From: an uncultured virus (IMG/VR IMGVR_UViG_3300028840_007457)
Lineage: Duplodnaviria > Heunggongvirae > Uroviricota > Caudoviricetes
Virus record (IMG/VR): IMGVR_UViG_3300028840_007457
Strand: one strand, 5' to 3'
DNA length: 64,000 bases
This document shows, in pieces, positions 29,202 to 38,958 of this stretch. Within the stretch, counting starts at the first letter, position 1. Each line of letters opens with the position of its first letter. Both the position numbers and the translations under genes were made by a program. The notes under the pieces were generated by a model. That model saw only the letters and a program-made list of their open reading frames with translations, did not search any database and was not told the DNA's origin.

Positions 29202-30098
29202 ATGAAAGCTTTAGTCATGAGTGGTGGTGGAAGTAAAGGTGCTTTCACACAAGGCGTTCTTACTGTTTTAGCCGAAAATGGTGAGGATTATAGTTTTGTG
29301 AGTGGGGTAAGTGTAGGAGCATTGGAAGCTGGCATGGTTAGCCAATTTCCACTTGGTGCTTTTGGAGAAGCTGTAGAAGTCTTGGATAAAATATGGCTAG
29401 GTCTTAAAGGAAATGAGAGTATTTACAAACGCTGGATTTGGGGAAAGTTGGCAGGACTAGTTAGTAAAGATGCCTTTTATAATAGCAGCCCGCTTCAGAA
29501 AATAATTAAAACAAATGTGAAAGATGAAAAAGCAGCTGAAAGCGGACGAGAAATAAGAATAGGTTGTTGTGCTTATGGAGCTGGTAATTATTGGGAAGCT
29601 ACTCAGTTTACTCCAGATTTGTGGAAATGGGTTTGTGCTAGTAGTGGTTTAGAACCGTATCTTTTAGGTAAGTGGATCAATGACGATCTCTGGATGGACG
29701 GTGGTTACCGTTGTGTTACTCCTCTTCAATCTGCTATTGATGCTGGTTGCACTACCATGGACGTAGTTTTAACTGGTCCTCCAATTACTAGTACAGTAGA
29801 TCCCCATGATAACTGGTCTGGGACCAAACGAAATGCTGTTACAGTTGGGTTTCGTTGTGTAGATCTCATGAGCAGTGAAATATTCTTAAGAGATGTTAAA
29901 CGGGCACTACTTTATAATGATCTCATTGATATTGGACACCCAAATGCAAAAGGAAAGAAAAAACTAACTATTAGAGTATTCATGCCTTCCCATAGTTTAG
30001 GCAGTGGTTTAGACTTTGATCCCAAGTTGATTAGAGAACGAAGAAAGTATGGTATTGATAAGGCTAAAGAGATATTGATGAAAATAGAGGAAATTTAA
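29202..30098 (+). CDS. patatin-like phospholipase
   Basis: GGGSKG oxyanion loop, GVSVG nucleophile elbow, catalytic DGG. Confidence 0.92.
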   Translation: MKALVMSGGGSKGAFTQGVLTVLAENGEDYSFVSGVSVGALEAGMVSQFPLGAFGEAVEVLDKIWLGLKGNESIYKRWIWGKLAGLVSKDAFYNSSPLQKIIKTNVKDEKAAESGREIRIGCCAYGAGNYWEATQFTPDLWKWVCASSGLEPYLLGKWINDDLWMDGGYRCVTPLQSAIDAGCTTMDVVLTGPPITSTVDPHDNWSGTKRNAVTVGFRCVDLMSSEIFLRDVKRALLYNDLIDIGHPNAKGKKKLTIRVFMPSHSLGSGLDFDPKLIRERRKYGIDKAKEILMKIEEI

Positions 30099-30109
30099 GT
30101 TACTTTTTA
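30095..30109 (+). promoter_or_regulatory. putative phage late promoter motif, copy 2
   Basis: TTAAGTTACTTTTTA, about 105 nt upstream of ATG 30201. Confidence 0.5.
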
Positions 30110-30200
30110 ACGGGAGGAAAACTCCCACTTCACAACAACGATATCAAATACCAGTTTAGACCAAAATCGTTTCACGTTTTGCAGCCAAGGAGAAACAGTT

Positions 30201-30644
30201 ATGGCGCAAAGATGGATTCAGAAAGACGAACTCTTGTTTAGAGTTCACAACACTCACAGTAGCGCAGTCATTGTGGGTAATACTCGTATTAACCCAGGTA
30301 AATTTGCGGACGTTCCAGCTCGTCATATTGTTGGCAATGTAGACCGCTGTATCGCTTTGGCTGCTCTAGTATCTGTTGGTCGGGTCAGTGTATTCCCGAA
30401 GTATGATGATATGGGCTTCACTGGTGGAACTAATGGAAGTACGGTTACCCCGTGTTACATTAAATCTCTGCAAGCTGCTACAGGAATGCCTTATGGAATG
30501 ACTTCATTCTTCGATTCCGTTGCTGGTACCAGACCTGCATTTAATGATGTGCCTGAAGGATTTAATGGGTTTAACACAAATACGGATTTACCGAATTACA
30601 GCGACGGCACTGGATTCGTAGATGCAACTGGGGCTCCGGCCTAA
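30201..30644 (+). CDS. small structural protein (possible head decoration)
   Basis: Strong SD AAGGAG; flanked by the putative promoter and a hairpin. Confidence 0.55.
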   Translation: MAQRWIQKDELLFRVHNTHSSAVIVGNTRINPGKFADVPARHIVGNVDRCIALAALVSVGRVSVFPKYDDMGFTGGTNGSTVTPCYIKSLQAATGMPYGMTSFFDSVAGTRPAFNDVPEGFNGFNTNTDLPNYSDGTGFVDATGAPA

Positions 30645-30668
30645 TTAACAATCTAAACTTGTGAAACC

Positions 30669-30708
30669 CTGTGGGAGGGAGAGAGCTATTATTTTCTCCC
30701 TCCCACAG
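30669..30708 (+). terminator. stem-loop / probable intrinsic terminator
   Basis: CTGTGGGAGGGAGA / TCTCCCTCCCACAG 14-bp inverted repeat, followed by TAATACATTTTT. Confidence 0.65.
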
Positions 30709-30723
30709 TAATACATTTTTAAA

Positions 30724-31584
30724 ATGCCTTGGGAAGAATTTTACCATCTATATCTTGCCCCTGATGTGTGGCAAACTAGCAACGAAAACGAGTTGCTACC
30801 CCGTACCAGAGCGCAAATTGAAGACGTGATTGCTACACGTTTTCCCACTGCTACAGGTGTACTTTTAGCGGGTGAATTAGTAACCAATTACTACGACGAA
30901 AAATCAGATTTAGATGTCATTGTTTTAGTTCCAACCGAAGATTTAAAAAAGTACGAAGAGGAACTTCCTTTTATTAACGGTAGAAATCTTTTACCCACAG
31001 ATCATTTAATCTACTGGTACTTACTTCCTTCTACTGTAACTACAGATATGCTTATTTCCAAATTTGGTTTGTTGTATGATGTAATTAAAGTGGTTTGGTA
31101 TGGTCGTAGAGTACCTGGTCTTTCACAACTGGCTAGGCCAGAAGCCATTTTAGCCTATGTTAACTGGCAACTTTTTAAATATAAGAAAACTCTAGATCTC
31201 TTTCCTCTGCAATGGACTTACGTATTTGCTGCTTTCAACGAACTTGCGGATAAAGATAAAATTCAGGTAATTGACGATCTTAAAAAGCAAGGTTTTCATA
31301 TTGACCAATTGATTAAAAAAGCTTTGAAAAGAGCTGGTAGTAAAGACCTTTGGAAGAAAGTTGAAACTTTTGAAAGTCAGTTAGTTGAAAGCGAAGATGA
31401 AGATTTACCACTAGCAGTCTCTGCAACAGGTAATCTTCCCACTCCTCTTATTTGGTTGGTAGTGCAACGTTTTCGTTACAAAGACTTGGCAGATCGCTTA
31501 GAAGAAACAGCCACTAAAGATGCTGAAGCTAAAAAACGAGATGAACAATTGAAAGATTTACCCATAGATATCATGGGCTACTAA
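30724..31584 (+). CDS. Pol-beta superfamily nucleotidyltransferase-like protein
   Basis: LLAGELVTNYYDEKSDLDVIV; DxD is intact, the usual GS reads GE. Confidence 0.65.
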   Translation: MPWEEFYHLYLAPDVWQTSNENELLPRTRAQIEDVIATRFPTATGVLLAGELVTNYYDEKSDLDVIVLVPTEDLKKYEEELPFINGRNLLPTDHLIYWYLLPSTVTTDMLISKFGLLYDVIKVVWYGRRVPGLSQLARPEAILAYVNWQLFKYKKTLDLFPLQWTYVFAAFNELADKDKIQVIDDLKKQGFHIDQLIKKALKRAGSKDLWKKVETFESQLVESEDEDLPLAVSATGNLPTPLIWLVVQRFRYKDLADRLEETATKDAEAKKRDEQLKDLPIDIMGY

Positions 31585-31597
31585 AGAGGTACTAATT

Positions 31598-31837
31598 ATG
31601 AGAGTCAGTAGAAAAAAGAAAGGCACCACTGATACCAAAATCGGTGCAGCTTTACTGCGGCGCTTAGATAACATTTTTGAAATTATTTTTCGGGCGACGG
31701 GTGGATTTCAGAACTCAGACGATATAGCGGCTAAAATTTTCATGCACGTTTTGGAAAATAGTCGCTTTCTTAGCATACCATCAAAACGGCGAAGAGTGGT
31801 AAAAGCCCTTTATGACCGGTACTACAGAGGGAAATAA
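31598..31837 (+). CDS. hypothetical basic protein
   Basis: SD GAGG; 79 aa. Confidence 0.6.
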   Translation: MRVSRKKKGTTDTKIGAALLRRLDNIFEIIFRATGGFQNSDDIAAKIFMHVLENSRFLSIPSKRRRVVKALYDRYYRGK

Positions 31838-31841
31838 GATC

Positions 31842-34800
31842 ATGAGTAAAGTCCAATTTTATGGGGCTGTCACTTTAACTGGTGCTCCAGGGGCTGTAGA
31901 AAAAGCCAAACCTTTGTTACAGGAAAGAGGAGCTTCTCTTTTTTCTACTAACGAAGCTACTATTGGTTTAAATAATGTTAAAGTAGCAGACTTGCCTAAA
32001 TTAGAAGCTTTTGCTACTAAGTATGATTTAAAAGTAGCTCGCTGCAGCTGTCTTCAGGAAATAGAAAGCAGCTCTAAGAAACCTAAAAAGCGAAACGCTA
32101 GCAGACTTAATTTAGAAAAGAACAAGTGGTACTACGCTGATGCTGCTGAAGATCGTTATCCCTTCCTCTACGTTAGAAGTATCAATGTAGACGATAGTGA
32201 TAGACAGATTTTTGAGGTAGAATTGCTCACACCAGAAAATGCTATTCCGACTAAAACTCATGTAACTGCTGATGAACTAGCTAAATTTGGTTTGCGCCCA
32301 GCCAGTAGCAAAGACTTCGATGAGTTTGAACTTCCTGTACCAGCTAAAGCTTATATCACTGAGGCAGGTATTGAGCACGGTGGTCCAGAAACTAAAGCTC
32401 TTGCTAGTTGGGATTTGGAAGGTAAAAAAGTCAGTGCCGAAATGTTTCAAATGAAACAAGCTTTTGCTAAATCCTTGGTGGCTGCTTTTAAGAGAACAGC
32501 GGGTTACTGGGGTGAAGATTATCAGAATTCTATTTATCATCAGCTGTATGCTGATGAGATGGAGGTTCTAGATAAAGATGACTTCCTACGTTTAGTAGAA
32601 CTTGAAGAACTTCCTGCTAGTGATGACCCTAAACTCATGCTAGACGTTCTTAAAGAAGTTTACAGCAGTGCCATTTATGACAGCGCTCCTAGTCCTGACT
32701 ACTTCTTAGATGATGTTAAAAGTACTGTTGAAGATTGGATTGAAAATACGTTGGCACAATTAATCTCTAAAGTGGGAAATGAGGAAGATCCGTGGAGTTT
32801 AGCAGAAGGCAAAGTTAGACAAGCCATAGAAAATATGGGAGATTATGCTGCTGACCAAGCTTTCTTTGACGCCATTGGTGGAGTTTCTGAGTGGGGTGAT
32901 TTTGATACTTATCAGAATGACATTGTAGATTCTCTCTGGCATGAAGATGTAAACGAAAGTCAGTTAAAAGGTGAAGTAGAAAGTTTACTCTGGCCAGAAA
33001 TTAAAAACGTGACTGCTAGTGCTGGTGAAGAAGAATGGAAAAGCATTCAAGAAGATATGAAAGCATCACGTAGTTTAGCGCAACACGCTGTGCAAAATAA
33101 AATTAAAGAAATGGAAGAAGAAAAGGCTGAAGAAGAATTTGGTTCTATTTTTCACGGTACTGAAGAAGATATTAGAAAAAACATACAAAAATTATCTAGA
33201 GATAAATACCTCTCTACCGAAGATATAGTCCGGGAAATGGCGGAAAATTGGGGTGACGATTACCTTGATCCTTCCCATCCAATTTGGCATCTAGTTAAAG
33301 AATACACCGAAGGTGTTGACCCTCGTCAACAACAATTAAGGTTGGAAGGGAAAGCAAGAATGCGTCGTAAAATAGCTCTTTACTATCATCATGCTAGAAC
33401 CCTTATGGAAGGGCTCATGCAAGAAATTGAAAGCACTGTTGTTGAAAGTGAAGGTCAAGAACTGGAAGGCAGTGAAGGTGTAAAATTTGCCAGAGAGACT
33501 TACCCCAAACAAGTTGAGTCTTTAAGTGATGCTCAACTTGAAGTAATGTTAGACACTTTTTATCAAGATTGGGGTGATTATGTAAATCACGCTTTTGAGT
33601 ATTTACACGATGAACTTTGGGCGGAAACAGAACAATTTAAAAATGCTTGGGTGCAGAAATGGAAAGCAGCTGTTAAAAAATATCTGGCTTCCAACACCAG
33701 TTTAACACCGGACCAAAAAGAAGAAGCTTATGATCTCCTTATGGATGAAGATGATGGTATTCTCTACGCTGTTTGGGAAGAAGCTGGTAGTGGTATTGGT
33801 ACGTGGGAATGTGAAGGTACTTGGGATGAACTTTGTGCCATGGACATTGAGGGAGAAGAAATTTTAGCTCTCATGTCCAGTGACTTTACACTGCATGAAC
33901 AGCTTTTTGATCTTAGTGACAAGGTTGCTGGTCAGGCTTTAGAATTTGCTGTTGAGGCGTTTAGAAAAGAACATAGTAGAGAAGGTAGAGTTAGGCGTAG
34001 TGGACGACGTAGACAAGCAATGCCCCTTAGACCTCACCATTATGATGACATGGTCAAACAGTGTCTTAGAGAGCAAGCTAGGAAATCTACTATTGATCAT
34101 CTCGATTGCGTACTTGATACGCTTATTAGTTGGGATGCCCCTTGGGATGAGTGGGAGATTATGGCCGAGAAAGAGGGACTCTCACTTCCCGATAGTTTAA
34201 GAAGTAGCGGAGACCTTCAAGAACTTCGCATGTTCGTCGTGAACAGCTTAAACTACAATATTGCTACACCCCTTAATCAAGGCAACAGTGAACTAGCTGA
34301 GTTTGGTGGTCGTTACCAGTTTACTGTAGACGACGCTAATAGACTAGTCATGGTATTTTACTGTCCTCCTGATGCAGATTGTCAAGGTTTGGTAAATACT
34401 TTTGGTAAGGGAAGAAGAGGATCTACTTTCCGAAAAAAAGCACGTATAATTGACAATGAGAGACCAGTTGATTGGTACGATAAACCTCATATGCCTCATG
34501 GCGATATTATGCCTGTTGATTTAACCGAACAGCAAATAGATGAAAGAGCTGCTTGGTTAGCAGCACATAGAGATTTTAATGACCTTAGACGAAATAAGGA
34601 TACGTCTAATAGACTTGCTAAAGAGCGTTTGGAAGAAGGTTATGATAAAAATGATAAATGGTATCTTCACGACAAAATTATTGCTGATATTTTTGAGTTG
34701 GCTTTAGAGAAGAAAACGTTGTGGCCTGTTACAGATAAAGCTCTAAAACAAAGAAAACGTCGTCGTAAAAAGAAGCCTGTTAAACCTATTCCGTGGGAAA

Positions 34801-35234
34801 TGGAAGCCTCTTTCAAACGGAGGAAGATTATGGCTCGTTACGATCTCCAAGACGACGTAGCTGTTTTCGATGGCCACGTACTTAACCACCTCAATTACAG
34901 TGACGCCTATGAAGGCGAAGCTGACTCTATGGAATTTGAGGTAGACGAAATTTTACCTGCCAACGCTAGTGATGAAGAGTTTTGGACTGTAGTCAAACAC
35001 TACGATTTACGTAAAAAGTTGGGTTCTGAAGCCAGTGAAGAAGATTTACAAAGTGCCCTTACCCGTTATATTGTTATGCCTATGAACAGTGGTTACAGCG
35101 AACTCCCAGCTGGAAGTTACGAAATTACTTTGGATGAAGACACAGGTAGGCTAGCTCTTGTTTTCTTTGCAGATGAAGAAGATATGTATGAACTAAGAAA
35201 TTACCTTCATGGTTACGAAGGCGAAGAACTTTAA
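31842..35234 (+). CDS. large modular acidic protein with internal Arg-rich linkers (putative head polyprotein)
   Basis: Acidic domains separated by FKRTAG, MRRKIAL, RRSGRRRQAM, FRKKAR, KRRKIMAR. Start moved to ATG 31842. Confidence 0.75.
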   Translation: MSKVQFYGAVTLTGAPGAVEKAKPLLQERGASLFSTNEATIGLNNVKVADLPKLEAFATKYDLKVARCSCLQEIESSSKKPKKRNASRLNLEKNKWYYADAAEDRYPFLYVRSINVDDSDRQIFEVELLTPENAIPTKTHVTADELAKFGLRPASSKDFDEFELPVPAKAYITEAGIEHGGPETKALASWDLEGKKVSAEMFQMKQAFAKSLVAAFKRTAGYWGEDYQNSIYHQLYADEMEVLDKDDFLRLVELEELPASDDPKLMLDVLKEVYSSAIYDSAPSPDYFLDDVKSTVEDWIENTLAQLISKVGNEEDPWSLAEGKVRQAIENMGDYAADQAFFDAIGGVSEWGDFDTYQNDIVDSLWHEDVNESQLKGEVESLLWPEIKNVTASAGEEEWKSIQEDMKASRSLAQHAVQNKIKEMEEEKAEEEFGSIFHGTEEDIRKNIQKLSRDKYLSTEDIVREMAENWGDDYLDPSHPIWHLVKEYTEGVDPRQQQLRLEGKARMRRKIALYYHHARTLMEGLMQEIESTVVESEGQELEGSEGVKFARETYPKQVESLSDAQLEVMLDTFYQDWGDYVNHAFEYLHDELWAETEQFKNAWVQKWKAAVKKYLASNTSLTPDQKEEAYDLLMDEDDGILYAVWEEAGSGIGTWECEGTWDELCAMDIEGEEILALMSSDFTLHEQLFDLSDKVAGQALEFAVEAFRKEHSREGRVRRSGRRRQAMPLRPHHYDDMVKQCLREQARKSTIDHLDCVLDTLISWDAPWDEWEIMAEKEGLSLPDSLRSSGDLQELRMFVVNSLNYNIATPLNQGNSELAEFGGRYQFTVDDANRLVMVFYCPPDADCQGLVNTFGKGRRGSTFRKKARIIDNERPVDWYDKPHMPHGDIMPVDLTEQQIDERAAWLAAHRDFNDLRRNKDTSNRLAKERLEEGYDKNDKWYLHDKIIADIFELALEKKTLWPVTDKALKQRKRRRKKKPVKPIPWEMEASFKRRKIMARYDLQDDVAVFDGHVLNHLNYSDAYEGEADSMEFEVDEILPANASDEEFWTVVKHYDLRKKLGSEASEEDLQSALTRYIVMPMNSGYSELPAGSYEITLDEDTGRLALVFFADEEDMYELRNYLHGYEGEEL

Positions 35235-35244
35235 GGAGATACTC

Positions 35245-35616
35245 ATGTTAAAACGCAGACGACCAAGATTGGCAAAAAATAATTCTTCCTGGAGGCGACG
35301 TAAACGTATTCGTCGCTCACGTTTAGCTGCTAGGCAACGAAGAGCTGAAAGTGCTATCGAAGCCCTTGTAGATGTAACTGCGTATGTGGATACTGTTGAT
35401 GTTTTAGATAAAGATGAACAGTCTGTTGAATTGTTAAATAAAGTTTATGAGTACTTCTACAATAAATTCGAGTTAACCAGAAATGAACTAGAAGCATTTA
35501 ATCGCATGAGATCTGTAATTGAAAATGGCGATCGGTGGGGTCTCTCCCTCATGCGTAACAACATTTTCAAAGCAGCTCACGCACTTGGTATGAAGCTGCC
35601 TAGTCACATGTTCTAA
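35245..35616 (+). CDS. Arg-leader protein
   Basis: SD AAGGAG, then MLKRRRPRLA...RRSRLAARQRRA. Confidence 0.75.
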   Translation: MLKRRRPRLAKNNSSWRRRKRIRRSRLAARQRRAESAIEALVDVTAYVDTVDVLDKDEQSVELLNKVYEYFYNKFELTRNELEAFNRMRSVIENGDRWGLSLMRNNIFKAAHALGMKLPSHMF

Positions 35617-35625
35617 GGGATTTTC

Positions 35626-36309
35626 GTGAGCTGCAAACTCTGCCAAAAACTGAAACTCAAAAAACTCAAACGGCTTAACAAGTCTATTGAGAGAGGAAAA
35701 CTGTCTGTTGAGCAGTTGGCAGAGAAGTACGATTTACCACCCCGGGCCATTTTACGCCACTACAATAACTGTCTAGGTGGTGCTCCTAAAACCCCTCCTA
35801 AAAGTGGCATAGAGACCCTTCAAACTATTCTCGATACCCTTTTAAAAGATTTGGAAGAAGCCAGAAACGATTACAGATTTGGTAGTGATGAACAACGTGT
35901 TGGAGCTTCTATTTTTTACAAGGATTTAATTCGAGAAGTACGTGAATATGCTGCTGGTATTGAACGTATGCGTCCCAATGAAGATTTAGTAAATGCTGTG
36001 CATGGTCAGGTTCTAAGACCGTTGCTTAGTGAAATGGCTAAAATATTAATTGAAGAAGGTGGTATTTTTGATCAAGAATTAAGAGAGTTACTTACCAATC
36101 GCTACGATACCAAAGTTCAAAAATTGGTTAAAGACACTTGGAAAAAAATTAGCACTCGCTTTTTCATAATTGAGGCTGGAGAAGAAAGACTCAAACCAAA
36201 ATTGGTTAGCGTTATTGCTGAACAAAACAGCGCCAAAAAGGTGAGTAAGAAAAAGAAAACTTCCGCCTCAAAAAAAGAAAAAGACAGCTCCCTCCCAACG
36301 CTTCACTGA
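35626..36309 (+). CDS. HTH/Zn protein with coiled region, candidate terminase small subunit
   Basis: CKLC...LSVEQLAEKYDLPPRAILRHYNNC then helical; lies upstream of the terminase. Confidence 0.4.
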   Translation: MSCKLCQKLKLKKLKRLNKSIERGKLSVEQLAEKYDLPPRAILRHYNNCLGGAPKTPPKSGIETLQTILDTLLKDLEEARNDYRFGSDEQRVGASIFYKDLIREVREYAAGIERMRPNEDLVNAVHGQVLRPLLSEMAKILIEEGGIFDQELRELLTNRYDTKVQKLVKDTWKKISTRFFIIEAGEERLKPKLVSVIAEQNSAKKVSKKKKTSASKKEKDSSLPTLH

Positions 36310-36406
36310 GAACGTTCTGTTCTCACCTTTTCCCTTCACAGTTTAACTCCCTCCTTTTGTAAAGGGAAAACAATCGTAACCGTAAGGAAGAAAGGAATAC
36401 TTTACC

Positions 36407-37438
36407 ATGAGAAAATCAGCAACGTTTTCGTTATTCTTCATTTTACTTTGTTTTTTACTCCCTACTTCTGTTGTTGCAGAGCCTCCCACAGGAGATAGTT
36501 TAAAAGAGAAAGACGTGGTAGAAAAAGTAGATCATTTATTTGATGGTATAGTGGCTAAGAAATCGAAAGTCAATTTAGAAGAGAGAAGAAAAGAGCTGCT
36601 TAAATCTGTTGAGGCTATTGAAGACAAGGGAGTTATGGTTTCCCGTAAAGACTGTCTGCAACGGCACCGTTGCAAACGTTGGGAAAAGAAAAGCAAATAT
36701 CTCTTTAAAAAGTGTAATCGTCGTTTAAGGTATTGTTTTAAGCATGCTAAGAAATCTCAAAAGAAACGTGAAAGAATTGTCACAGCTGCTTTGAAGGCAG
36801 AAAAAGCAACTGGTATAGATGCCACATTCCTTATTGCTGTAGGACGTATGGAAAGTGATTTCCGTCCTCTTCAACTCATAGATGCACGTTGTGGACAACC
36901 TCTTCCTTTCGGGGGTAGACGGGCTTGTGGTGCAGATTGCGGAATTACCCAGCACCGCATTTATGGAAAAGCTGCGTATGTGCGACGTATGTGCAAACGT
37001 TATGCCAGCGATTATAATTTGGTCTTTTTAAAAAGTGCAAAAGAATTAGCTAGACATGTATCTTTTTGTAAAACCAACTTTAAATCCAATCAACCTCTCA
37101 ACCGTTGTGTTATGAATCGATACAATCAAGGTACATACTATAAAACCCGTAATCGTTGTAGAAGTTCTTATCGTTGTAACCGCATGTTTATCAGTCACTA
37201 TCCCAGTAAAGCTATTTGGTACGCAGAATACAAAGGTTGTAAAAGGGGTAAACGAAAGTGTTTTGCTATTGCAGCTTACTGGACAAAACTCAGCTGTTTT
37301 TACTATGGAGCTAGAAACAAGATTCGTAGTAAACGTAGTTGTAGAAGATGCTTTCGTATAAAATCTATTCGAACCAAATTTTACCCACCCTCTAAAACTA
37401 AGAAACCCACCGAAAAGCTACTTTTAACGAAAAAGTAG
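36407..37438 (+). CDS. SLT-family lytic transglycosylase with signal peptide (candidate endolysin)
   Basis: Hydrophobic N-terminus ending VVA|E; GIDATFLIAVGRMESDF (catalytic E), DCGITQ, RYNQG. Confidence 0.75.
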   Translation: MRKSATFSLFFILLCFLLPTSVVAEPPTGDSLKEKDVVEKVDHLFDGIVAKKSKVNLEERRKELLKSVEAIEDKGVMVSRKDCLQRHRCKRWEKKSKYLFKKCNRRLRYCFKHAKKSQKKRERIVTAALKAEKATGIDATFLIAVGRMESDFRPLQLIDARCGQPLPFGGRRACGADCGITQHRIYGKAAYVRRMCKRYASDYNLVFLKSAKELARHVSFCKTNFKSNQPLNRCVMNRYNQGTYYKTRNRCRSSYRCNRMFISHYPSKAIWYAEYKGCKRGKRKCFAIAAYWTKLSCFYYGARNKIRSKRSCRRCFRIKSIRTKFYPPSKTKKPTEKLLLTKK

Positions 37439-37443
37439 CACTT

Positions 37444-37458
37444 TTAAGTTATTCTATA
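37444..37458 (+). promoter_or_regulatory. putative phage late promoter motif, copy 3
   Basis: TTAAGTTATTCTATA at the head of the terminase-portal operon. Confidence 0.55.
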
Positions 37459-37527
37459 AGAGAGGATGGGGATTTGCACTTTAGAGTGTAAATCCTAGTT
37501 GTGTGCTCTACCCTAGATTGGTTCGTT

Positions 37528-38187
37528 ATGGAAAAAATACTTCACAGCATTAAAGATAGGTTGTTTTTGGTTGTTAAGAAAAGTGATCTCCGCGAAGTAA
37601 CAGTTGCGTCGTCCCTTTCTAAGAATAAATCTCGTCTTACTATTTATTGTTCTAAAGATCCTGTCAGAGTTGGGAAACTGTTGACACTGTGTGCTAAACA
37701 GGTTTTGGGATCTACAGAAAATGTTTCTGTGAAAAGAAACAGTTCTTTTTTAACTCTCACGCTTAAAAATGTTGGGGACAAATTTCGCACAGCTGAAAAT
37801 GAAGTCAAACCTCTTAAAGTCCCTTTTTCAGCTACTTACGGAGAAAATACCTACTCCATCTCAAGCCCTGATTCTGGTACCACTTTTGATGTTCTCCGAA
37901 ATGAAGAAGTAGTTGAAACTGAGTGCCCCTCGGTTGCTTACGCTATTGGAAAACTTCAAAAACAAATTCTTGTAGATTTGAGCTATAGTGAAGAGCTTGA
38001 AGAAGGTGCAACAGAGGAAGTTCAATCTGAAATCGATATTGATTTTATGAAAGCTGTTGCTGGTTTTATGGTAAACAGTCCAGTTGTTAATGAGGAGGCA
38101 GAAAGACACCTTACCATTTTTGTTGAGCTGCTTACAAACCGTGAGTTTGAGCCTGAGGATACAGAGGAGACGTTGGAAGAGGAGTAA
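37528..38187 (+). CDS. hypothetical protein
   Basis: ORF with acidic C-terminus; ATG 37528 preferred. Confidence 0.65.
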   Translation: MEKILHSIKDRLFLVVKKSDLREVTVASSLSKNKSRLTIYCSKDPVRVGKLLTLCAKQVLGSTENVSVKRNSSFLTLTLKNVGDKFRTAENEVKPLKVPFSATYGENTYSISSPDSGTTFDVLRNEEVVETECPSVAYAIGKLQKQILVDLSYSEELEEGATEEVQSEIDIDFMKAVAGFMVNSPVVNEEAERHLTIFVELLTNREFEPEDTEETLEEE

Positions 38188-38219
38188 AGGTAACACACGC
38201 GGTAGGAAGGATTAGGATT

Positions 38220-38738
38220 ATGTTACTGTTACTTTTACTACCTGCTTTAGCAGCAGAAACTGCAAAAAATCCAACGATGAACTGGGGAGCAATAATTGGT
38301 ATTGCCACCTTCATTGCTGGTTTTGTGCTTGGCCTTCTTAAATTTGTTACTTGGTTAAGCGAACGTGGAAGAAACAAAAATGAAAAACCTATTCATTGGG
38401 TAGATGATAAAGGTGAAAATAGAATTCTTCTTCGTGCTGAATTTGATGCTGGTATGGCGGACATGGATCGCAAGATAAGAGAACTTCAAAAAAGCTCCTC
38501 AGAACAAATACTAACACTTAATCAACTTTTAGAGTTGGCAAAAACTCAAGATAAACTTCACGATATTAAAGATGGAGATGGTATTCCTGTTTGGTATTTT
38601 TCACAGTCGTTAAAGAAAACTATATTTAATATGGCAGAATTATTTGAAAAAGAGAGTGATTTACTTATCACTGCTGTAGATAAATTAGATAAAGTCTACG
38701 ATGCTATTCTACAGCAAGCAGGTAAGAGAGGTAGATGA
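38220..38738 (+). CDS. membrane protein with coiled coil (holin-like candidate)
   Basis: TM segment WGAIIGIATFIAGFVLGLLKFVTWL; two genes from the SLT enzyme. Confidence 0.45.
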   Translation: MLLLLLLPALAAETAKNPTMNWGAIIGIATFIAGFVLGLLKFVTWLSERGRNKNEKPIHWVDDKGENRILLRAEFDAGMADMDRKIRELQKSSSEQILTLNQLLELAKTQDKLHDIKDGDGIPVWYFSQSLKKTIFNMAELFEKESDLLITAVDKLDKVYDAILQQAGKRGR

Positions 38739-38756
38739 GGAACTGGTTCGTAGCGC

Positions 38757-38954
38757 ATGAGGGGGCAACAGATGAATCTTCCTATAACCGATTTGCACAA
38801 AGCATTAAATACCAGAGAACTTAAACAAATAAGAATTAAATTAAAAGAAGAGGCTAAAGAACTGAAAAGGTTGACAGCAGACAGTCCAAATGAAGAAGAG
38901 TTGGTTGAAGACGAAGAAGAAGAAATAAATCTTGAAGACTTAGAAGATATTTAA
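38757..38954 (+). CDS. small hypothetical protein
   Basis: Fills the gap before the terminase; acidic tail. Confidence 0.55.
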   Translation: MRGQQMNLPITDLHKALNTRELKQIRIKLKEEAKELKRLTADSPNEEELVEDEEEEINLEDLEDI

Positions 38955-38958
38955 GAGT

